64,000 nucleotides of DNA. Source: Eledone cirrhosa. Its lineage: Eukaryota. Shown here in pieces: positions 54,620 through 64,000 of the stretch. The notes below the pieces were generated by a model. The model saw only the letters and a program-made list of their open reading frames with translations, was not told where the DNA came from and ran no database searches. The position numbers and the translations under genes were made by a program. Location: contig OZ024741.1 in assembly GCA_964016885.1 (NCBI GenBank), positions 152,148,001 through 152,212,000 on the forward strand. The letters run 5' to 3'. Numbering within the stretch: position 1 is the stretch's first letter; every line of letters starts with the position of its first letter.

Positions 54620-55178
54620 GAAATTATTGTGTACAATGCTCAGGTGCACTACAACTCGTCAAAGGTGCATGTATAGTACATAGAATAATATACAAATGTC
54701 AGAGAAGTGAATAGTGTATGAGTCATGGTATACATGTGTGCGTGTGTATTAGGTGTAGTGTTGGCGAATCTCAGGAAGAGTGGAGGTTTTAAAGGATGCA
54801 GTGTCTCGACAGCTAACAACTGATTCAGGTAGTTTGTTCCATGCTTCAGCAACTCTGAGTGTGAAAAAATGTTTCCGAAAGTCAAGGGAACTGTGCTGTT
54901 TTCTGACTTTGTGGGCATGCCCACGTGTGTTAGACACATGGAAATCAAAAAGGTACTCAGGGTTGTTGTTGGCAAGATGGTTAACAATTTTGTGGGTGTT
55001 TACCAAGTCAGTTGCCAGGCGTCGGAGCTTCAATATATCCATGCCCAGGGAAGCAAGGCATTCAGAGTATGGTAGATGCCTGATGGAGGGTATTCGCTTG
55101 GTTGCACGTCTCTGAACAGTTTCCAGGCGGTCAATGTTCTGAGCAAGATAGGGGTTGCAGACTGATTCCAGACTGGTG
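54620..55178 (-). mobile_element. CR1-clade LINE 3' fragment with (ATT)n tail
   Basis: NPYL..NIDRLETVQRRATKRIP..LPYSE.L..L..RR...DL..TRGH..FF..RV...WNKLP. Tail at 54593-54619. Confidence 0.85.
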
Positions 55179-55289
55179 ATTATATATATATATATATATA
55201 TATAGTAATAATAATAAAATTGAAGACTAAAATCCAAAGAGGGCTCGATAAGGAAAATATATATCAAATATATAAGAACCGTAGAGCAA

Positions 55290-55559
55290 ATATTTATTAA
55301 AATAACAGATTAAAGTTTAAGCAAAGAATCGCTGCTTTCACCCTTAACGGGATCTTCTGAAATTAACAAAGTCAATCTGTAAACGCAGAAGTGGATATTT
55401 CCAAAAACGTTGCAACCGGAGGAAGACAGGCTGACGATACTTTGGTTCGTGGAAACGTTCGCTGGCAAAGAACGGGAAAAAACGAATAATACGTCATTAC
55501 AATTACGCGCAAAGGGTGAAAGCAGCAATTCTTTGCTTAAACTTTAATCTGTTATTTTA

Positions 55560-55567
<8 letters not shown>
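55290..55567. repeat. Small element with ~55-bp terminal inverted repeats; solo arms also at ~31600-31630 and ~31807-31858
   Basis: atatttattaaaataacagattaaagtttaagcaaagaatcgctgctttcaccctt and its near-perfect reverse complement at 55512-55567. Confidence 0.85.
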
Positions 55568-55590
<23 letters not shown>

Positions 55591-55591
55591 G

Positions 55592-56602
55592 TAAGGAGTT
55601 GACGGACCCAGCATATTTAACAATGCCAGGACCAGTTGTATTTCAGAGTACTCAATAGATAATGTATACACATAGTTATACAGAGAGTATACACATAGTT
55701 ATTCGCTTCAATACAACACACGTAAACGAGTGCCTATATTAGTTCCCGCACTCGAGTTTCGGCCACACTTAATGCAACAGTAGGGTGCACTGCACCCTCT
55801 GTCTGCATATATTATGCAACAATGCATAATCGGCGCATGTGGATTCATCAGCGGGTATCGCTTAATCAATAACCAATCGATCGACAGAATTCAAACTCCA
55901 GTCCATGCCGGTCATGACTGTATGTGACGGCCGACACAGTAAAGTGATTAGCATACAACTCCGTCCCTCGATCGGCCACCGATTTACAAATTTACGTGGT
56001 GGCAGGAGAAACAAATATTTTAATTCCCGCCAAAAGCACTCAGCCAACGTGTCTCAAACACACATTGATAAGATAGTGAAAAGTTAGTTATTAGAAATAG
56101 CAGTTCCACATCCTTGCACAGTAGAATAGTTGCATTCAGCTCTAGTCTCCACGTCCCATGGCGATAGGATGGCAATGGTAACAGTAGCAGTGCCTAGAAC
56201 CTTTAACGGACATTAAATGCCTCCATCCACTATACAGCGATATAGAGAAGCAGGCTGGTAGCGACAGTCACGTGTTTAAACCAGTCTATTTCACAACTTA
56301 AACGATGCAATATGTGAGTGAGAGAGGAAAAAATTTAGTAGCAGGAATTAGGGCGCATATCAAAGGAAAAACAATAAAAAAAAAGTGAAAAATTGTTTAA
56401 CTTACTCTCATTAGTCTGCTAGTTGGGAGATAATAATAATAAGGAATTGACGGACCCAGCATATTTAAAAATGCCAGGACCGGTTGTATTTCAGCGTACT
56501 CAATAGATAATGTAGAGCAGATTCCAGAGTATACACATAGTTATTTACTTCAATACAACACACGTAAACGGGTGCCTATATTAGTTCCCGGACTTGAGTT
56601 TC
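55592..56602. repeat. ~165-bp direct repeats (55592-55760 and 56440-56602), unclassified
   Basis: aagga.ttgacggacccagcatattta..atgccaggacc..agttcccg.act.gagtttc occurs twice. Confidence 0.8.
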
Positions 56603-56637
56603 TCTCAAACATATATATATGTGTGTGCGTGTGTGTA

Positions 56638-57285
56638 TCATGGACGAGTTCTCTCCAGCGAACTCTGTCCTTCATCCTCGCCGCCATGCCCTGCGTCTCC
56701 CAGAGACCAGTATCTGTCCTTTGGGCATCAATATATGTCAACCTCGGTCTCCTTCTTCTAGTGTGTCTATGCAGGGGCTCCCACAGGAGCACTGAGTGCA
56801 GTTTCAACTCCGAATGTCGGTGAGCATGTCCAACTAACCTCAGTCTCCTCAATGTTACTTTCGAGCTGACTTTTGGGCGACTCCCATACAGCTCTGAATT
56901 CTTCATCCTCAGTGTATACTGATTAATGTTCAGAGCCTTCCTCAGCATTGTAGCACCCATCCACCATCTGAATGAGTTTCTTGGTCAGTGTCCAAGTCTC
57001 AGACCCGTGCAGTACCACGGACTCCACTGTAGCAATAAAGAGGCAGATCTGCATGTCTTTATGAAGGTCCGACTTCCACATCAACCTCAAACTGTGACAC
57101 GCCGCCCAGGCTTTGATCTTCCTCTCAACCACATCTTCCTCTGTGTTCCTAATCTTTGCTCCCAGATACTGGAAGTCCTCAACCAACTGTAGCGGCTTCC
57201 CGCCTACGTTCATAATATTCTCTGGCTTCTTAATCTTCTGTACCAGATACTTCGTCTTAATCTCATTCATTCTCAGCCCACACTC

Positions 57286-57286
<1 letters not shown>
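56638..57286 (-). mobile_element. RTE/RTE-X LINE fragment between (TG)n tracts
   Basis: GLRMNEIKTKY, VEDFQYLG, VESVVLHGSETWTLTK, RRLRLVGHAHRH, LLWEP, RPRLTYID. Confidence 0.8.
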
Positions 57287-57369
<83 letters not shown>

Positions 57370-57572
57370 AACCATAGGTTTCTGGTTTCTATCACATTGC
57401 GTTGCATTATGAGCAAAATGATTCACTACACCCTCAAGTCGACCGATGATTTTGAGAAAAATTGAGTCGACAGAAATTGTGTGAAGACCCGTTGGCTATT
57501 TTGTACCTGTGTGTTTGAGAATTACGTTAAGAGTGGGGGTGGATTGTTTGCAGAATACTCAACTACTTGCAT

Positions 57573-58092
57573 TGGATTGGCAGTATCGGTAGAGGGTCGG
57601 ACGCCATGCTTTCCAGCATAGTTACGTCCCTTTACGATCTGAGTTCAAATCCCGCCGAGGTTGACTTTGCCTTTCATCCTTACCGGGTCGATAAAATAAA
57701 GTACCAGTAATGCAATGGGTAATTGCTGTCCTTGTGCCTAAAGAAGAAACAATTATAATGTAATTATAGGACGGTGGCAGAATCGGTAGAGGATCGGACG
57801 CTATGCTTTGCAGCATAGAGTTTCGGCCCTTTATGGTCTGAGTTCAAATCCCGCCGGGGTTAACTTTGCCTTTCATCCTTACGGGGGCGATAAATAAAGC
57901 ATTAATAATGCACTGGGGTCGATTTAATCAACTTTCACCTCCCCCTTCAAATTTCTGGCCTTGTGCCTAAATCAGAAACCATTATTTATTGACCATGAAT
58001 AGATGAAAGCAATGTTGACCTCATTTAGACGGGGTCGATAAAATAAAGCACTGGGATAATTGCTGGCCTTGTGCCAAAAGTAAAAACAATTA
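57573..58092 (+). mobile_element. Tandem cluster of tRNA-derived SINEs (57573-57755, 57769-57985, partial 58010-58092)
   Basis: Repeated A-box, GAGTTCAAATCCCGCC and ggggtcgataaaataaag core. Confidence 0.85.
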
Positions 58093-58723
58093 TAATTCAA
58101 TGAAAGGATAGTTCAGTTGATCGAATAAATTAATGTACAACGTCGAAACTGATGGAAGAACCATTACTGTTGAGGTGAACATATATGTGTACGTATCTAT
58201 ATGTATGTGTGTGAGAGAGATTGAGAAAGAATGAGAAAGACGGCTGGCGGGCTTTACTCGTGCGTAAAGGAATGCTTGTGTGCATGTATGTGTTTTGGTT
58301 TATGTTTTGCTAAATAGGTCTACCTATGTCTGTGTGTATGTCTGTGTGTATGTCTGTGTGTATGTGTGTGCGTGAGTGCGTCTGTGTGTGTGTGTGTGCG
58401 CGTGTGTGTGTGTAAATGAATGTAGATAGGTAGACCGACTCAGATAGATAGATAGACAGACATCAGACAGATAGATAGATAGATATGTTTCTTTATTAGC
58501 CACAGGGGCACAAAAGAAGGGGACAAATAGAAAGGGGGAAGTTTACATACAATAAAAACGTGTAAAATGTTATCACAAGTGCAATTTAAAAAGTTAGTCG
58601 ATTTTCCCCAATAGGGGAGACAGTTTATATGGGTAACACATACCCCCGAAGAAATGTGCAACCCTCATCTCCAGGAGTACGAAGAGTTTGTACTTCTTTC
58701 CTCTCCTCCTCCTTTTCCTCAAC

Positions 58724-61700
58724 CTACAGGCTGATATAGAGAGAAGGCCCATTCACTCGGGCCATTCTCGCCACTTTCACCTACCTTTCATAAAACTTGC
58801 TGGGGTACAGCACCTCTCTCTCCATCCTGATGCTTCTTCCAAAGTGGTATTTGAAAAAAAGAATCAGTTGTTGGCCGGAGAGAAAGGTGTCTGACCTCAG
58901 CCCTTTCAACCTTGTCCACCATACAACCTCTTTCGCCATAGCTATCACACAAAGGAAAACCGCCTCTCCTTCGTTTTTGAAGGAGGGTGGCGGTTTGATC
59001 ATGACAATGGACTCGGTGGTCAACCGGATTGGTCCCACCCGCGACAATAGTCGTTTATATAGCCCCACAGGTCAGTGACGGCCGGGCAGTGTATGAATGC
59101 GTGCGTGACGGTTTCTTCGTCTCGCACGCACCTTGGACAGATCTTTTTTGCAGGGTCCCTGCCCGGACGCACATGTCTGTAGAGCTTGTCTCGAACTGGT
59201 AGAGCTCCTCGGTAGCACTGCCAGGCCAGGGACGTTTGGAAGTTGTCCATCGGTCCCGGGCGGAAGGTCCTACCGAACAGACTGGCCAGTTCATCTTCCT
59301 CTGCGCCTAGAGTTTCACCGAGCGCGTCGTCGCACTTGCTGCGGATCAACCCTCTATAGAATGACGAAGTGGAGTCTCCACTGATCGCCGGGTCCGCCTG
59401 CCAGAGGGCTGTGAGCGCCTGAGCACATTCGATGTGCCAGTCGCCCATTTTCCTCGGTCTTTGCTTGACCCAGGACTGCAGCTCGGTCAGCGAGACGAGT
59501 CGTGGGAAGGCTCGCCTCACAAACGGGGCCCACACCGGTTGTCCGGTGAGGAATACGTAGAGATGCCGCAGCATGAGCGCGTGTTTGCGCATCGTCAACC
59601 ACGGCAACCCCAGAATTCAATTAGAAGGGTGTTGGCAGCAGATGGATCTTCTCACCAAAGGAGAACGCCTATTCCAATGAAATCAAAAGAGCGCGCGCTC
59701 CATTTTGGCGAGCGTTTTGGCTGAACAAGGCACGGCGGTCAAGCGGTAGTAGATGGCGGACGCTATAAAAGTGTTCGCCACCTCCGCTCGACCTTTCAAG
59801 GATAGTTTGCACTCGGCCCACTTCTGGGTGAGTGCAAATAACTTGGCCGTCACTTCGTTCCAGTTCTTCTCCACCTGGAGGTCCGGACCAAACCAGACCC
59901 CGAGCAGCTTTACCGGTCCTTCCGTCCAGCGTCCGACGACGCCATCAGAAGGCATCGGTTTGCCTCTCCACGATCCGAGTTGCAAACCGATGGAATTGTC
60001 CCGGTTCAGCTTTGCTCCTGTGAAACTTTCGTATTCCTTCAGTAAGGTGCCGACTTCCTCGATTTGATTTGCAAGGTGCTCGACACCATTACTGTCACGT
60101 CATCGGCGTAGGCCGACGCCGCTTTCCGCAGTCCCGGTTCCAGAGGGATGCCCTGCAATAGCTCCAACTTCCGCAGTAGTGGCTCGAGAGTCAGTACGTA
60201 CAGAAGGGAGGAGAGAGGGCAACCCTGTCGAATGGATCGCGTAATATGGAACGGCTCCGAGAGGTAGCCGTTCACCTTGACCCTTGAGCAGATGTTGCTG
60301 TTGTGCATTGCAGCAATCCAGCCCCTGAACACGGGTCCGAAGCTTGCCGCCTCGAGCACCGCATCCAGGTAACGATGGTCAACCCTATCGAAAGTCTTAG
60401 ACTGATCCAAGTTGATCAGGGCCCCACCGAAGCCGGGTTTACACCTTACCCTCTCTATGATGTATCCCATGAGGTGGAGGTTGTCGTGTATGGACCTGGT
60501 CGGGATTGCGCATGTCTGCGCTTCTCCCACCAGGTTCTCGACGACAAGCGCCAGCCTCTTTGCCAACACCTTGGCCAAAATCTGTAACTCTTTGTTTAGC
60601 AGAGTTATGGGTCGGAAGTTGCCTATGTCATCCCCCTTATTCTCGTCCTTCCTGATTAGTGTGACTACGCCCCCGGTTATAGAACTGGGAATTCTCCCGT
60701 TCTGTTGCCAGTTGCAGTAGACCGCTTCTAGGACACCGGAGAATAAGTCCGGCATTGCTACATAAAATTTGTAGGGTAGACCGTCGAGACCTGGAGATTT
60801 GCGTTTGCCGCATTGGCTCAGCGCGTCTCCTATCTCAGCGGCTGAAATCGGCTTTTCGCAGAAATTTGCCTCGCTGTCCGAGAGTCGCGGTAGGCCGTCG
60901 AGGTATGGACCGAAATCCATAGCCCCTACCGGCGCGCCTCTCCGCCCGAACAGTTGAGCAAAGTGCCGCTGAAAAGCCGCACACATCTGCTTCAGCTCAC
61001 GTATCACGCGTCCGTTTTGGTCCTTCAAAGACCGAATCGTGGACTTGTTGCCACTTTTTGCCCCCGTCACTCGGGCCCAGCTAACAGCTTTGGCTCCCTC
61101 GTTTCCCAGAGCACGTATTTTGCTTCTGACAACGTGCTTTGCGTCGAAGAACTGGTCCAAGGCCGTTCTCGTTGCTAGCACGCTGGCTATGTTTCCACTT
61201 CTAATTGCCTCTTCTACTTTATCTACCAGTTCCTTCTCGGTTCTATTTCTATCTAACGCTAATTCTTTACTAAAAACTAACGAGTCTAGTCTAACTACCC
61301 TCTTGAGAGAGTACCACCATCTGTTGTTGACAATGGCCCCTGTCAAGTGCTGTTTAACTAAAGTGCTAATCCGTCTACTGTAGGCTTTGCTTGTCGGTAA
61401 CGACAAGTTCAGCTTCCAGTAGCCGGGTCCTTGTCTATGGGTTCTATCAAGGTTGGCCATGCAGGTCACTAGTTTGTGATCTGAATAGGCAACCATGAAC
61501 ATTTGTGGACAGCTTAACATGTCCCTATCCTTATTTCTAACTAGAACCCTATCTAGGTACGATCTAGATGTTCCGCTACGATTACTTCACGTCCACAGTG
61601 GCGCAGTCGGAAAATCTAGTCGATATCTATCGGCCAGGTCAAATCGGTCGATTAACTGTTTGAGGCTGTTACACCCCCCTTTATCGGGACATGCTCCCAC

Positions 61701-62156
61701 ATAGTCCCAACGTGCATCTAGGATTCCATTCCAGTCCCCCACTAAAAGCAAGGAGCGGGACGTTCCCAGAAAAGTCTCTAGACCTTTGAAGAAGTCTGGC
61801 CGCGGTGTCCCGGATGGGGCATATGCGGCCACCAGCCTGAAGGCTCCACCTTCACTACCGTCAACGTCTAGGACCACCAGTCGACCCTCCGGGTCCAGAT
61901 GTACCGTCTGTGTTACGAGGCCCAGGTGTTTCCGCAGCAAAACGGCAACTCCGCCCCCACCCCCCGGTTGACAGAGAGATGCGTAGATCTCAAAGTCATC
62001 GAAGATGGGGGCCAGCTGTCGCTCGCTGTGGATCCTGGACTCGCAAATGGCTACCACATCCATACTGTGCGACCCGAGGTCGTTTAAGAGTTTGCCCTGC
62101 TTCCAGGGCATCCCCAGGCCGCGTACGTTCACACATCCGACTCTTATATTGGCCAT
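58724..62156 (-). pseudogene. Tx1 ORF2 of copy 5 (TGA at 61587, frameshifts near 60065, 59660 and 59055)
   Basis: ORFs 61587-62156, 60039-61520, 59683-59985, 59020-59607 and 58781-59068. Confidence 0.9.
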
Positions 62157-62189
62157 GTTGGTGCTGAAAAGTTAAAAGAGGAAAAGAGA

Positions 62190-64000
62190 TCATTCACCCT
62201 TCGTCTCCTGGGGACCAGACCGCACGATTTCCATGGGGGTGTTTGAGGGGTTGTCTGGATGGGTGGTGGTTTCCGACGGGGTGGGGACGGAGATGTTTGG
62301 TGGGGTGGGGTCTGGTGGGATGGGGGTGTCTGGGGTGGGGAGACATTTGAGAAGGACGTGGTTGAGTGGTTTCACGCAGGAATTCCCCACATCCTTCTCA
62401 AATGTTTCTTTTAGGGACCTATAAGTTTGTATAGGGACCCTAATCAGTTTTAGGTTCAGTTTTTTTGCTATTTTTAATAGGGTGGGCGAAAGTTTTCCCT
62501 TCGGTTTTCACCGAAGGGTCGTTCGTGATGGTCTCCATTAGTGTTTTGTTTTCAGTGTTTATGTAAGTGTAAGTGTAATTTTCTTGTGTTGTGTTTGTTT
62601 TTGTCTGTAGTTCTTGTGTGTGCTTTCGTTTTGTTGTAGGTATTTTGTTTTCAGGAGGTGGGGGTTTTGTTTGTGATGTTTTTGTTGTTTGTATGTTTGT
62701 GGTAGTGTTTGCTGGTTTTTTGCTTTTGTGATGTCTTTTCTTTCTTTTCGAGCGATGGGGTTCTCCCTCGTCTTCACTGGGTGATGGCGAGATGGCCTCA
62801 TCTGTTGTATCGTCTGTGTGATTGGGGAGGGGTATGTCTTGGGGAGCTGTTGTGTCTGTATGTGATTTTGAAGTGGTTTTAGGTGGAGTGGGGTTAGGTG
62901 GGACTGTATTTGTTGTAGTTATTTTTGTGTGTTGGTGTTGTTGTTGTGGTGGTGGTGTTGGTGGTCGTGTTGTTTTGATGGGTGTCGGCAGAAGAGCCTT
63001 ATTTTTATTCATTAATTTAGGACGGGAAGCCCTCAGGTGACCCCTGCTAAAGCAATGATAACATGAAGGCCGCCTACCCTCAACCGAAAAGTTTATGTAG
63101 GTGAGTCCGTCCAGGAGTACACGTTGTGGGATCATAGCTATTCGCTCTGGGCTCATTTGCACTAGAACTTCAATGCTAGTCCCATTGAATACATCTCTGG
63201 GGGACTTTCCTACTGACAGTATTCTGTCTTCATCAAAATTGATGAAGCTGCACAGTATCCACCATATGTTCACCTTTGGTGTGGCACTCGTGATTTTGAT
63301 CTTTTGTGTCCTTTTTCCCATGTATGTAGGGAAAAAGGTGTACAGGTTGGATACAATTGGCGACACAGAGTAATTTTGGGCCGTCAGTTGATCCTTCATG
63401 AGTACCGAAATACTCCCAAAAAGTTTGCTTCTTTGAATGAATGCAATATCATTCATTGAATTTTTGAAAACCAGTTCAATTTCTTTCTGTGACAATTGGA
63501 CTGGTTTTCGGGTAGAATTGGAAACTGTCCTAAAAACTATCGTTTTGAGATCAGTTTCCTTGCGAATTTCTACCGGAGAATTGATGCTGAAAGCACCATT
63601 TTTTTCGAAAGTGACATATCTCCTAGCGTCCTTTAAAAGTTGTTCAGCATTTGTTATGTCGAGATATATTAGTTCCTCCTTTTTTTTTAACTGTCTCTGC
63701 AAAGGAGATTTTTGGTTTCTTTGTGGAATTATCCGTGTTGGTGGTGTTGTCATTATTGTTGTTATTGTTGTTGTTATTCTTGTTGTCACCGATGTTGATA
63801 TTATTCGTATTTTCCTTGGTGTTGTTGTTGTCTTTGATGCTAGTGTTATTGGTGTTGTCTTTATTTTTTTCTTTGTTGTTGTTATCATTGTTGTTTTTAT
63901 CATCATTATTGGTGTTGCTGTTATTTTTGTTGTCATTGAACTGTTTGGTGTCATTTGTGTTGTTTGGATATGAATTTGTTTTTGCATTTTCATTTCGTCT
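62190..64000 (-). pseudogene. Tx1 ORF1 of copy 5, frameshifted in homopolymer runs
   Basis: ORFs 62440-63993 and 62190-62390 match ORF1 of copy 2. Confidence 0.85.

Larger units (their letters stand above)
58485..64000 (-). mobile_element. Tx1-clade LINE copy 5 (same family as copy 2), 5' end beyond window; GATA/GACA tract at 58442-58484
   Basis: Colinear and nearly identical to 7208-12720. Confidence 0.95.

Overview
Repeat-saturated eukaryotic (animal) DNA with no recognisable host gene. The SINE type and microsatellite load suggest a cephalopod such as Octopus, but this is inference only. The dominant structure is a ~23-kb head-to-tail array (1.5-24.7 kb) of four diverged, near-full-length Tx1-clade LINEs (ORF1 with a CCHC knuckle, ORF2 APE-RT). 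All four are on the minus strand, and each is separated from the next only by a (GATA)n tract. A fifth copy (58.5-64 kb), a 5'-truncated copy and several tiny 3' stubs sit in or beside GATA tracts in the same orientation, which points to a (GATA/TATC)n-targeting retrotransposon lineage. The four array 5'UTRs share a covarying two-hairpin RNA structure and an AGAYGT motif. The rest of the window holds a Penelope-like element with inverted hammerhead-bearing pLTRs and several small (TA)n-associated elements with candidate minimal hammerhead ribozymes, including a retrozyme-like 593-bp unit. It also contains an RTE LINE with three C-terminal C2H2 fingers, a bipartite non-autonomous RTE derivative, Helitron-like elements, mariner remnants, tRNA-derived SINEs, CR1/RTE/R4 fragments and micro/minisatellites. 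All calls are by eye; no database search or folding computation was run.
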